Shown: positions 1 through 12,624 of the stretch, piece after piece
Layout: every line of letters begins with the position of its first letter
How positions within the stretch are numbered: the stretch's first letter is position 1
Assembly (NCBI GenBank): GCA_000708835.1
Contig: DF237518.1
Location: 1-57,875 of the forward strand
From: Klebsormidium nitens
Taxonomy: Eukaryota; Plantae; Klebsormidiophyceae
Length of the DNA: 57,875 nt
Reading direction: 5' to 3'
Made by a program: the position numbers and the translations under genes
Notes under the pieces: model-generated
The model's input: only the letters and a program-made list of their open reading frames with translations
Database searches by the model: none
Told to the model about the DNA's origin: nothing

Positions 1-185
1 GGACCAGACGTGCCTGATACTGTAGACGCTCATATTGACTTAGTTTGCTAGTTATAGTCTAGGTGACAAAGTAGCAGACCCCTGGACTGATTGCAGGACA
101 CAGGGCAGATTTGCTAGACTATAAGGAGGAAAAACCAACTTGTAAGATTCATTCACTTCCATTTCGCTTGCATCAACGCTGTTTC

Positions 186-1465
186 ACGACAATGAACAAG
201 GGGTATAGGGGTCGGGGGGAACGGCCCCTTGGGCCTTATACCTTGTTTCATTGCGCACATCATCGATCATCATTCACCAAGGTAAAAATGATGATGATGA
301 ACAAAATGAACAAGGAGTATATTGGAGGGGGGACAGCCCCTCGGGTCTTATACCCTGTTTCATTGCCCTCATCATCATCATCATTCACCAAGGAAGAAAT
401 GATGATGATGAACAAAATGAACATGGGTATAGGGAAAGCTGGGGTTAAGGGGAAATGATGATGATGAAGGCAATGATTAGGGGGTATAAGGGGGGCTGAC
501 TCCAAGGGGAAATGATCATGATGATGGCNNNNNNNNNNNNNNNNNNNNNNNNNNNNNNNNNNNNNNNNNNNNNNNNNNNNNNNNNNNNNNNNNNNNNNNN
601 NNNNNNNNNNNNNNNNNNNNNNNNNNNNNNNNNNNNNNNNNNNNNNNNNNNNNNNNNNNNNNNNNNNNNNNNNNNNNNNNNNNNNNNNNNNNNNNNNNNN
701 NNNNNNNNNNNNNNNNNNNNNNNNNNNNNNNNNNNNNNNNNNNNNNNNNNNNNNNNNNNNNNNNNNNNNNNNNNNNNNNNNNNNNNNNNNNNNNNNNNNN
801 NNNNNNNNNNNNNNNNNNNNNNNNNNNNNNNNNNNNNNNNNNNNNNNNNNNNNNNNNNNNNNNNNNNNNNNNNNNNNNNNNNNNNNNNNNNNNNNNNNNN
901 NNNNNNNNNNNNNNNNNNNNNNNNNNNNNNNNNNNNNNNNNNNNNNNNNNNNNNNNNNNNNNNNNNNNNNNNNNNNNNNNNNNNNNNNNNNNNNNNNNNN
1001 NNNNNNNNNNNNNNNNNNNNNNNNNNNNNNNNNNNNNNNNNNNNNNNNNNNNNNNNNNNNNNNNNNNNNNNNNNNNNNNNNNNNNNNNNNNNNNNNNNNN
1101 NNNNNNNNNNNNNNNNNNNNNNNNNNNNNNNNNNNNNNNNATGATGGCAATGAATAGGGGGTATAAGGGGGGCCGACTCCAAGGGGAAATGATGATGATG
1201 AGGGCAATGAACAAGGGCTATAGGGAAGGATGGGGTCAAGGGAAAACGATGATGACGAGAGCAATCAGTAGGGGGTATAGGGAAGGCTGGGGTCAACTTT
1301 CAAGGGGAAATGATGATGATGAGGGCTATGAGTCGGGGGTATCTAGGGAAGGCTGGGGTCAAGGGGAAATGATAATGATGAAGGCAATGAGTAGGGGGTA
1401 TCTAGGGAAGGCTGGGGTCAAGGGGAAATGATGATGATGAGGGCAACGAATAGGGGGTATAGGGG
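186..1465 (+). repeat. Minisatellite, roughly 55-60 bp degenerate unit with (ATG)n core (AGGGGAAATGATGATGATGAGGGCAATGA...GGGTATAGGGAAGGCTGGGGTCA)
   Basis: Unit recurs on both sides of the 529-1140 N-gap; the ORFs here are repeat-derived. Confidence 0.9.
529..1140. other. Assembly gap (612 N)
   Basis: Run of N inside the minisatellite. Confidence 1.
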
Positions 1466-1919
1466 TATATATAGTATGAGGATGATGTAAGTAAGTACAT
1501 CCCTACATATACGCAATTTTGATGAAATTGAGGAACTTGTATATATTCACGGCCCATTAGTACTTTCTCGAGACGAGATGGTGCGACAGAGGATATACTC
1601 CTAAAATCACGCCTCCAATAAAATCCGAGAGTATGAACAGTCGTTTATTCAGTTCGACAGAGACGCGTTTTTGCACCACAGTCCCACGCAGTTACTAGCT
1701 GCGTTGCCCCGGAGTTCTACGCCACAGTCCTCCTAGTCGAGGCAGAAGTGGAGGCTGGTGACGCCCACGAACGGGAAAGGACAGAGGATTGGGGAGAGGA
1801 CATATCTTTGGGTTCGAGCTTCCGCAGTCACGAAAGGCAACGGACTGCCCCAAGGTCGAAGCGAAAACCGCTCCCTCGACTGCCCCCAGAGGAGCAGTGG
1901 CAGGCCGTGCTTCTCTAGC

Positions 1920-4900
1920 TGCAGATCGCCGAAAGCCTAACTCTGGAGCAAAAGAAGCAGCTGCTCGAAGTTCTAGCGCGTCACCCCCACGCCTTCTCAA
2001 AGGATCCCTCCGATCAGGGTTGGTAAAGGGGTACACCCACACTGGGATTGCATGACACCGGGGACATCAAACCCATTCGGGAAGGGCCCCGAAACCACAG
2101 TCCTTTTGAAAAAGACAAAATAGACAAGCAAATGAAACCTATGGAAGACTACAACGTGGTCCGCATGTCAAGCAGCCCCTACGCAGCAGCTGTTGTGCTT
2201 GCACGAAAGAAAGGTGGCAAGTGGCGTTTCTGCGTCGATTACAGGAAAATCAACCTGGCAACTGTGCCCAATTGGTACCCTTTGCCGCGCATCGAGTCCA
2301 TCTTTGACAAATCGGGGCGAGCGACTTACTTCACTTCGCTTGACGCGCAGGCGGGGTACTAGCAAATTCGGCTGCACCCGAAGGATGTTCAAAAGACAGC
2401 TTTCCTCACACACCGCGGCCTGTTCGAATTCCTCCGAATGCCGTTCGGCCTGACGGAAGCCCCTCGGATTTATCAAATGGTCATAGACCAAACCCTGCGG
2501 AAGGAAATTAGGGGGCCCAAACCCTGCGTGACGCAATACCTGGACGACACTCTGCTCTACTCCGACGACTTCGCAGAGCACCTTTCGGCGCTGGACAACG
2601 TTCTGACACAGCTGGAGGCCATCGACCTTAAGCTTTTCAAGTGCCACTTCGGTGCCAGCGAAACGGAGCATCTCGGGCACCTGACCCGGCGCAATCAACT
2701 CTTGCCCACGCCGGAGAAGGTCCGCGCAATCAGAGATTGGTACGAACCGATCAACCCTACGGAAATCAAAAGTTTCCTAGAGATGTTGGGCTACTACAGG
2801 ATCTCCGTTCCCATGCAGGTTCCCACAGCTGGCAAAGCCGCTTACGAGTTGACGAAGATCGGAGTCCCCTTTGACTGGGGTCCGCATCAGGCGGAGAGCT
2901 TTAAGCTCCTCAAACAGGCCCTGATTGATGCGCAGGCATTCACTCGGCCAGACTTCGCTAAGCCGTTCAAGCCGTTCCTTCCGGACACGGATTATAGCAA
3001 ACTTGGTATCAATGCAAACCCTCAGCCAGCTAAACGAGGAAGGTCGAGAGTGCCCAGTCGCATTCGCTTCTCGCGCACTTCACGGCGCAGAAGCCCACTA
3101 TTTTGTCACGGACGGAGAGCTGTTGGCTATGGTCTAGGCGATAATAGACAAATCCCGCTCTTACCTTTTTGGGGGTTCTACTTTTACAGTACGGGTCGAC
3201 CACAACCCCCTCGTATGGCTCCACCAACAGACCGGACTCACAGGGCGCCTCGCCCGCTGGCATTGTAAGCTGCTGGAGTTTAACTTCACAGTTATCTCCC
3301 ACCCGGGTCGGCTCCACTCAAATGTGGACCCCCTCTCCCGCAACCTGGTGGCAACACTACTCTGGGACCAGGACGAAGACCCCGACGAGCTCCCCAGCTA
3401 TGCAACATCGGATTCCGAATACCCACCCTCCCTCCCTCAGGTTTCTCTATGCGAAGTCGCCTGAGACGTCGACTTTAGCATACTCACCTTGCACACCGGA
3501 CGCAGACTCTCATATGGACCTTACTCACGAAGCTAGAGGTTCCCCGGTAAAATTGCTTGGGAAATGCGGGGAACGACACGGCGAGCGACTAGGAGAACGA
3601 GTCTGGCAAAGACAGCGCTAGCAAACGGGAGGAGATATCTTTTCACCCGCGCAAGTTGTTTGAGGAGGAGGACGAACTCCTCATAATGGAGGAGGACTCA
3701 CTTTTCAAGATTGGGTGGCTCCGGAAGGACTCATGGTCCTGACCATCCTTCCGGGGGAAACCACGACTTTGGAGTTTCCAGAATAAATGCAGGTACCCAC
3801 GGAAACTCCGGCCTGGGCGCCCACGGTTTTGGATCAAGAAAAAATGGTGGAACAGCTGACAAGAGACATGGATAGGCATCTTGGTTGGGACGCACAACAA
3901 ATCCTGGAGGCAGCAACACGCGAAGGTGAAGCGGAACTTCCGAAGACTAAGGGTTTCGATGCCGACGTTCCGCAGGTCTTGATCAGGCGCAGGAACTTTA
4001 TGCGCAACGGGGTACTGAATACCCCTTTGGCAGAGAACACTCTGGTGGAAAGAGTGGCCATAACAATCCTCACCAGCTGCCCGACCGCGGACCCCGAGGG
4101 GGTACTAAGCGAGGCCAAAAAGGCCATCCTGAACATGCAGCAAGATTGCAGGGAGAACGTGGTTGTAGCTGTACGAGAGAACCTCTTAGCCAGGGAGGGC
4201 CAGAATCCTAGCGAGGGGATTAAGGTCAACCCGGATGAGGCCAGTGCTGCCTAGATGCAGACCTTCTCTCTGGAGCACTTTCCCCGGCCAGAGCCAGAAG
4301 ACTTCTTGTGCGGAGACGCAGAGGTCATAGAATGGCTGTGCCGCGGACAACTGCCAGCGTTTACGGAAATTACGGCCAAACAGCGCAAAGAAGCGCGCCG
4401 CCAAATCGGGGACAGGGCTCGCCGCTTCTCATTCGAAAAAGGCAGGCTGTGGAAGCTCAATGCGCCCCCAAAGCGCATGAACCAAGTGCAGGAGCGGGTC
4501 CGCAGGCGAGCCGTCTTGACGGAGGAAGAAAAACAAATGGTGTTAGAGTAGGTGCACAATTAGGGAGGACACCCCTCTATTCGAAAGACGAGGAAGCTTT
4601 TGCAGGCACTATTCTTTTGGAAAGGAATGTACGAAGACGTGCGCGACTTCAACAAATCATGTGCCGCCTGCCAGTTCGCCAACCAACCAACGACGGAGCG
4701 AACGGACGGCCGGAAGCTGGCAAGTACGGAGGTGGACCTACGACTTGAGAAAGTCGGCTTCGACTTGCTCGGACCGTTTCCCCAAACAACAGAGGGATAC
4801 TATGATACAAGTACGTCTACATTTGGTACGACTACTTCTCCGGCTGGATTGGTGCATGGTTGGGCAAGACTAAGTAGTCTGTGGAGGTCGCTGAGTTCTT

Positions 4901-5690
4901 GAAAGTGGACCTCTTTGCGGCCCACGCCTGCCCGGCGCTCATAATCATGGACAACGACGCGCACGTCGGAGAGGTGAAAGACCTTTGCCAGAGAATGGGA
5001 ACGCATGTGCAGGTGATCGTATACCTGACTCTACCTGGATGAACTGCAGAGCGGAATCTTTTGTGAAAGTCTTTACCAAGAATGTCCGCAAGTTGGTAAT
5101 TCAATATTGGCCTGACTGGGTGTCTCACATCTACGAGGCCTTATTGGTCCTCAGGGTGTGCTACCGCAAGGCCACAAGGATGTCGCCGTTTGAGATAATC
5201 TACGGGAGGCAACCGGTCCTGCCAGCGGAGCGACTGCTCGCGGCACGATTCCGGATAAGCCAACCCTCCACTCCAGAGGGGGAAGAAAGGGCAGAGCACG
5301 ACTTCGACACCTCAGTGCAAGGAATTGGCGAAATTCGACGAGTCAACATCCTTCTGCGGCAAGCACACCAAGCCAATATGCGGGCGACCGCCGCAGCGAA
5401 TAGGGACATAATGCAGGTAAAAGCGGAAGCCGCTTACCAGAGGCGCTAGCACAGGGGCGTCTACCGGGTCGCCAACCTCAAGCCAGGACAGTTGGTCATC
5501 ATGAAGAAAGCGAAACGCGAGCACAAGTTTGACACGGGGTGGGAAGGACCTTACAAGTTCGCCTACTTCTTTGACGAAGCTGCACAGGTTGCAGTACTGG
5601 AGGACCAGAACGGGCAGCGCTAGATGCGCCACATCGTTATGCTACACCCTTATGAGCCGCGGGCAGTGGTTGGGGAGTAGGACAACACTA
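1920..5690 (+). pseudogene. pol: Decayed Ty3/gypsy pol (RT - RNase H - spacer - zinc-binding/integrase), 5'-truncated
   Basis: RT: KWRFCVDYRKIN, LDAQAGY, MPFGL, QYLDD (2537-2548). RNase H: CPVAFASRAL..AEAHY..TDGELLAMV. Zinc-binding: FFWKGMYEDVRDFNKSCAACQ. Integrase: VGFDLLGPFP, IIYGRQPVLP, WEGPY near 5545. Many stops and frameshifts. Confidence 0.93.
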
Positions 5691-5752
5691 CAAGAAAAAC
5701 CACAGCTGGGCGCAGTCGAAATCCCCGACGCGGCAGCTTAAAATCTAGCGAC

Positions 5753-8700
5753 ATGAGGAGTCGCGGCCGCGAACCAAATCCACGGGCCCAAAAATCCCTC
5801 CGTCCGAACAAACCAACATTCAATATAAGAAGGATAGTTTCGTTAGTACGGATCCGTACATCGAGGTCTCCGCCGGAAGTCGAAGTGCAGGGTGCGGAGA
5901 ACTACGCAATCATTAGCGGCGGTTACACGCTTGGGCGGATTTTTCAAGGCCCTTTTCAAAGCGTGTCGGCCATTATTGGAGGCATCGCCCGACCACCTCG
6001 CACGATCCGAAGCTGACGACTGCATTAAAGCGAAGGGTCGTCACGATCGAGGCTCAATAATACAGGTTCGGAGTGCAACCGGATCCAAATTCGAGGCCTC
6101 TACGGTTTCTCCCCTATTAGCTGGCCAACCGCAGGCAAAATGGGGCAGAACCTTGACAAGTCTCTGAGAGCTCCACTGAGTGAACCTCTGGATTCACCAG
6201 TGCAGGCAGGGGACTTGAAGCGGGAAAGGAAGGAAGCAAAATGAGAGAAGACTCCACTCAAAACTTCATTTCCAAAACGCAGAAAAAAGGAAGGAGCAGG
6301 CAGCACAGAAACTCCACCCTCCGAACCAAGGCGCACTCCAAAGCAGAACAGATTGCTTGACTTGTGGTCCGCAGCAGGCGCGAAGCATCAGAAGAAAGCG
6401 CAAGAGGTTGCAGGGGTGGGGATGGCTGACAAGGGGCCAATTCCCAGCAGCAGCAATGCTGCAACAGTGCAGTACACCGGGGATGACATGCCCCGAGTGT
6501 GGCGGCCTAGTCCAGAGGCGTCTTTTCCGCATGGGGTCTCTCCCATCACAGGGCTAACCGAGGAGAAGTTGCAGGGGGAACTGGCACATGCCCTGGAAGG
6601 GATTGCTGCCGCCCGATAGGAGGAAGGAGAAGGTGACCTCTCCTCCCGGACTCAGGCCGTAATTGTGATGAGGGATGAGTTCTTCTTCAAGAGCTTCAGA
6701 ATTCTATTGTATGCCCCTCATATCCTCCCCAGGTTGGTGCTTGCGAGTTACAGCGAGACGCTGGATTCTGCAGTAGCAAAACAGTACCGGGAGCACCGGA
6801 AGAGCTTACTCAAGCCTTCCAGTTTAAACAGAGGCCCATCGTGGAGGAATCACTTGAAGGGAAGGGGGAAGCCCTGACTGAACGTGATGTTCTTGTTGCA
6901 GAATGGGGAGACATGCCCTTCGAGGCGACTCCGGAGGAAATGAAGCAGCCGTTGTCAGAATTGATGGCGGAAGGGGAAGAAAGTGCTCTGCAGCGTGCAG
7001 CAGGGATGGCTGCATGGCCAGGGGTATTGGGGACCGCCTCCCCTACCGGGGGAGAGCAGGCCCAGCTTAAGAAGGGGAAAGAAAGGTGGGGGAGAAAGAA
7101 AGGGAGTCCATTCCAGAAACGGAGCTCCTTTATGTCAAAAAGCCACAAGCAATAGCTCCCCCTTCTCGGGAGAACCCCCCGACAATTCCCCCTGCAGGCC
7201 CAACTCCCCTGGGGGCTTCCCCCGACCTTCCGACGCTCACCGGCCTGGCCCTCCATTTGAAGGGGCTAAGCGAGCAGCAGGTGGCGGATCAGTTTGCCCA
7301 ACACAGGGAGGCCCATCGGCTGGCGGCTCCGCCACGTGTCAAAATCCTTTCCGGACAGCAGTTGTCCTACCAATTCCTTGCAAGCAATATCCCCGGGCTC
7401 AACCAGATTGTAAATGAGGGACCTCGCACTCTCCGGATTTCAAAGGGGAACCCCATGGCACGAATCACGGGGTTGACGCAGGGGGGTTGACGCAGGCAGT
7501 GGCGAACAGTTTCGACTCCTTGTGCCGCAACTTCCCAATGGGGAAATTGTAACGGCGAAACCTCTCTACAGCAGCCTGACGTGAGCATCTTTTATGCGAA
7601 TTGCCGCCCAAATTGTGCAGGGGCCCAAACCTACAGGGGAGTCCAAACCCTGGCACAGCAGGTAAACCGCTGCATCTTCAAAACGGAAGCCTCTGCATAA
7701 TCCCTCGAGCGGAATGACTTCTCTTGGGGTTTCCTATCCAAGCACGACACCAAAGGCCACGATGATAGTCAGCATGCTGCGGGAAAAGGGGAAGGCAACA
7801 GAGTTCTGGGACTCCGCTGACACAATCTTCACGAGCGTAGGGAAGGTGGAGGCAGGGACGGAAGCGGCGGCGACGGTCGTGGGGAAGGCTTTAGACACGG
7901 GGACAAAGGCCTATCACGTCCTTCCCCACTTCTTCGAAGTGGACCTCGTTACTGAGTTCCCCCCGCCTCTGAGCGGCGGGGGAAAACATCTCAAATTCTA
8001 CATGTTTGAGATCCCCCAACCCGCCTCCGTCAAGCTTAACCAACTCCGCCCCGGCGACCCCCTTTTCCACATCAACCCCGAAACAGATGATCTCATCGGG
8101 GCGTGGATGATGACGGCAGTCGGCATTCCGCCAAACAAGGACGGAAGTGAGGTCACAGAGGAACTTCTGTCGTCTTTGCCGGACAAAGATGCTCTGGCAG
8201 CATACTTTTTTGTAGACCCGGCTGCGCCCCTGCCTCCGCGCGGTTGGACGCGCGCTGGGCTTACACCAGATACATGGGCTCCTACGAGGGCGCGGACGGC
8301 TCCTGGATGTCGTTCTTCATTCCCACAGCGTAGCTCCGCGCGCCATCCGCTACCACGTCATGGAGCATAAGCCGGGAGCCCCGGGGTTGGGGGAAGGAAA
8401 ATACACGATGCGCGAGCTGCGCGCGCACGTGTCCCCTGCGGCCATGTTCGGGACTCCGGCGTTATACCCCATCAAGACGCGACGAGGGCCCCTCCAGATC
8501 AGCCTCTACTCGAAGTGCTTCAGCATGCTGGCTGGACGGCTTTTCCCTGATCCCTCAGCTCTCATCAAAGACGGGAAAAACATCCAGCCTCTTCGGTGAT
8601 TCCCTGACCTCACCGTTCCCCAGGTGCTGAGGCCCCTGACCCATCCTCAAACCCCCTGGGCCTTCCAGGTCTAGGCCTTCTCCGCTTATGACGCACGATT

Positions 8701-10958
8701 ACGCCACAGTGATTTCGTGCACTTCAACCCTGATGAACCGCTGCCGGAAAGTCCGGAGCAGCCGGGTAAGTCCACCCGGAAAGAGAAGAGAGAACAAACA
8801 CCCGGACCCACTGCACGAGGTTCCGCGGCCGTGACCGCGGCCGCGATTGTGGCCGCAGCGGGGCCAACGGTCACGCCTGCCTCGGGGAAAGGACGGGCAG
8901 AGGGACCAGTTAAAGAGTCGGGCGCAAAGAGGGGTAAGAAAGAAGTAACCCCGACCGGAGCTGGGCCCTCGTCTGGGCCCTCGGCTGTGCAGGTGACCGG
9001 GCCTGCACGTCCCCTCCCTGCGAGCCCAACGGCCTGGCAAGCGGTACGTCTTCACACTAGGGCAACCCCGGATCGATCAAATAACTGGCCGGCTGAACCA
9101 GGGCGGGGCTTCGGCGCTGGCAGACAACGTCACGACTTACCTCATGACGGAGCTGCCCCGACTGATCGACAATCCCCCTTTTTCCGGGGTAAATCTCACC
9201 ATACCTGGTGAGGTTTACCCCGGAGGGGTTCGCTAGCACCTCGGTTGGGGCGCGTAACCTCCTCCCCCCCTGAACCTCCAAATAATCGATGCAGTTAGCG
9301 ACTTGATCGCGGCTGCGACGTCGGTGTCGCAAGACCTCGCGCTCTTGTTCCTCTGCGTGCAGACGGAACTGGTGCAGGGTGCCCCGATCGGGGCCAGTTT
9401 GGCCCCTTTTTGGAACATGATGAATCTCCCCGAGGACGAGGAGACGGAGTCGGAAGACGAGGAACAGCAGCGGAGCGGCGGCGAGCCACTTCACCCCGGG
9501 GTTTCGCAACACAGCACGCAGGAACAAGGGGGTGGAGGCGGAACCAGGGCCCGGGGAGCAGGGTCGGGGCAAAGAGGTGGTCCGAAGCAAGCGCATGCGC
9601 CGCTTGGGGGAAGACAGAAAGAGCTTTCCCTCTCCCCAACGTGTTTCCCCACGACCGCTCCCCGACGCCGAGACGCATGACGGGTAGCAGGAGCCCCAGT
9701 CCCCGCGGCCGCCGCAACTTCGGGCGGTCTCCCTCTCCCCGACGCGCCTATATGACTTTTTCGAGCTCTCCAGACCGCTCGGAGTCGCCTTCCCCCTCTT
9801 CTTGGCGCGCCCGTTCAATTGGCAGCGCCTTGCAGGAGCACGCGGCAGCGTCCCCGCGCAGGCCGACCGCGAGGACCACCCCGATCAACGGCCACGTGGC
9901 ATCCCGTTGCGACCCGAGAGCTGGCTGCGACCCGGATGACTTATTCGATTACTTCACGGAGGAGGAGGTCGACTACGAGCCCACGCCCGAGCCCTCTCCG
10001 GAACCCCTCGCAGTGACGCAGGATGACGTCATCCCCCCGTGGGCGACGCTTCTCCCGGCGCAGAACGCCGCCCCGTGCACCAGCGCTTAAGGGGCCCGGT
10101 GCGGACTCCTAAGCGACGCCCCATCACCGAGCGTCTATCTGCTCCTGCTTAGGGAGAGCGAGTGCCGGTTGCAGATCGCCTCGGGCCGACTAACCGACCC
10201 AATCTTCCGGGTCGACTTGACGCCCCAAACCCCTCTCCCTCAGGCGAGCTTTCTGAGTGAACCTCTGGGGACCGACTGTTGGCTCTGGCCGCAGAAACAG
10301 AGGACCGGGAGACCCCTGCGTTGAGCAGCAAGCTGGAGGGGATCCCCTCCCCGACTCCGGCCCCTCTATCCCGTGTTCGAGACCGCTCCCCTTCCCGAGA
10401 CGAGAGCGTCAAACCCAAGCGCTCCCGGTTCGAACAACCCCCTGAGGACTCATCAGCGCTTGGCGCAGCTCTAGCTCCTCTACATTGCCGCTCAACGACG
10501 CCTTCAGCAGTTGCAGCTCATCGCCAAAATGTGCCAGGGGGTCTCGCTGCAACGACCCCGACAACATTTCTCTGGGGCGGGCACAAGACCTGAATTGGAT
10601 GGAGGACATTCAAGCGGAGATCGCGGATGTAGAGGCCAAGGTGTACAGTCAAGTGGGAGGCGGATTGCGCCAAAGCGCGCGAGCTGGCGCAGGCGAAGGC
10701 GGCCGCAATCTCCTCTGTCTCTACGGTCACCCTCGGGGCGGAGTTCGGGCAGTCCAAGGGGAAGCGCCCTGCGAACAGACGCGGGGGCAAGGGAAAGGAG
10801 GGGGCTTCGCGCCCCCTCTCGGGGAAACAGAATTTGGGACAGTATGGGTCTCGGTTGACCCCTCTGAAGAGGTCGTCCACAACTACCTCGATCGTCACCA
10901 CGGCTGCGATTCGACCTCCTTTCGGACGGTCTCCCGGAAGTCGCGCTGGGACGTCTGA
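5753..10958 (+). pseudogene. Chain of frameshifted ORFs of unknown function downstream of the gypsy integrase (probable accessory region)
   Basis: Overlapping + strand ORFs (6841-7155, 7086-7490, 7714-8370, 8360-8599, 8717-9211, 9303-9680, 9410-10090, 10279-10593, 10485-10958) abut with frame changes; no family motif recognised. Confidence 0.45.
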
Positions 10959-11103
10959 TCTTCTTCGTCTTCGTTTTCAATCTACACATGATATGTAAGT
11001 CTCTTTTCCTTCATAATAAATCTAAGTTGGCCCAGCGCTGGGCCTTTTTCCCTGCCTCCCGTCCGGTGCGGACACAATGTCGCACCCCCCATTTTACCGT
11101 AGA

Positions 11104-11231
11104 TGTCATGCGATATGGGCTCGACATGCGATTGGGCTCGGCAAACTAGAGCGGAACGTGTGCATCGGTAAAGCGTTAAATTTACATGATGTATCATGCG
11201 GGACTTATGGACTTCATATTCATTCATTATC
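11104..11231 (-). repeat. Terminal repeat segment B, copy 2 (128 bp)
   Basis: Matches 12230-12357 with about 5 substitutions by eye. Confidence 0.95.
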
Positions 11232-12227
11232 AGGGACGGAGGGTTTCTTTCAAGAGAGAAGCCCTCAGTGAGGGTAGAAGTTATGTTGCTGAACAAGTTG
11301 AGATCTTGGAGTCACTCATGCTAACATTCAAGGCTATCCTCACCTTACCCGCATTGTCCGTCCTTGAGGCACAGCCCGCAAGAACGGTCGTGGTGCGCAA
11401 TCAGTGTTTTGGATATCCAAAATGATCAGGCAAGAGCAAACGACAAACATGGGCACATGGCACTTACTGATTGAAAGATGGCGTCGCCGGAGGCGTGAGA
11501 CATTCTGAGATGAAACGAAGATGTAACGCTGAAGGCTTATAAGGCCGGTTAAATTACTGTCGTGTTCGTACTGTTATTCTGGTTAAGTTCTCCGTGAGGT
11601 CCTTCTGCTTCCGTGGTGTTGTCGTCGCTGGTACGGTAGTGCTCCTTCGATTTTGCCGGTAGTACTGGCAACTGGTTTGAGTGCTCAAGGCACTCGGATA
11701 CGGGGTTGAACGCTCAAGGCGCTCGGATGCTGGGTTGAACGCTCAAGGCGCTCGGATGCTGGGTTGGGCACGGGTGCCCGCTGGTGATGGATAATTGACT
11801 TGAATGAAAGTCGAATTGGAAATGGCGATGCCAATTGACTTAAGTACCTCGTGGAGACTTGCTTGAGTTTGGATGTCCAAAAGCATTGTCGTGGTGGAAA
11901 TGGATGGCATGCTAATGTTGGGTTCGTACCAGGGTCCGTCACGGTTACACGACCGGTAACATAGCCGGGTATGTACCCTTAGAACGTTGTGGAAACGTCT
12001 TGGGATTGAATCCGGCAATTATAGAGATTTAGCGAATGCAACTGGTTAATGGACGTCCAATGGAATGCGTCCGTTTGTCATCCTGTTCTAGCTTGTTCGT
12101 TAGTTAAGGCATGGTTATCCTAATCATGAACAGGTCTGCTTAACCTAGTACTTGCACGCTTGCGCCACGTGTTGCACGCTTACAGGCTAGTCGAGTCGAT
12201 CTGGCATCGAGGGCATATGGCATGACA
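11232..12227 (-). repeat. Terminal repeat segment A, copy 2 (about 1 kb)
   Basis: Collinear with 27258-28244, with one 9-bp indel near 11300 and scattered substitutions. Confidence 0.95.
11678..11764 (+). repeat. 3 x 29-bp tandem repeat inside segment A (TGAACGCTCAAGGCGCTCGGATGCTGGGT)
   Basis: Three contiguous units without spacers; also present at 27695-27781. Confidence 0.9.
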
Positions 12228-12229
12228 GC

Positions 12230-12357
12230 TGTCATGCGATATAGGCTCGACATGCGATTGGGCTCGGCAAACTAGAGCGGAACGTGTGCATCGGTAAAGC
12301 GTTAGATGTACATGATGTATCATGCGGGACTTATGGAATTCATGTTCATTCATTATC
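12230..12357 (-). repeat. Terminal repeat segment B, copy 1 (128 bp), directly after the PPT
   Basis: Direct repeat of 11104-11231; separated from segment A copy 2 by the dinucleotide GC (12228-12229). Confidence 0.95.
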
Positions 12358-12364
12358 CCCCCCT
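12357..12364 (-). promoter_or_regulatory. Polypurine tract (AGGGGGGG) abutting segment B
   Basis: C7 run on + at 12357-12363; minus strand reads TTAGGGGGGGATAATG. Confidence 0.7.
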
Positions 12365-12624
12365 AAGCCACCGAGTTGTCCCAACGAGGGATAAGGCTTG
12401 TGACTGTACAGGAAATAACGAGTGGAAGGTTCGACTGCCCACGTGCATCGGTTAATTGGTTCTAGATTACGGCGGTGTGTTCATTGGTTTATCCTATCTT
12501 TCTTAATTAGTGTACCTAACGAATTGCCTGACTCCGTTGCCACCATACGAGTATGGCATCGGCTCTGACCCAAGATCGCGGAGCGGGGGCTTGGGAGCGG
12601 GTAGTTCCTTAGATATCACTACTG

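Noticed and set aside
260-1431. Long ORFs at the window start
   Set aside because: They are artefacts of the N-gap and the minisatellite.
1560-1690. 5' LTR end and PBS for the first gypsy element (GGTGCGACA at 1580-1588)
   Set aside because: No PBS, gag or protease follows, and the match to other termini is only 9 bp.
11678-11764. CRISPR-like array
   Set aside because: The 29-bp units are contiguous with no spacers, there are no cas genes, and the context is eukaryotic.
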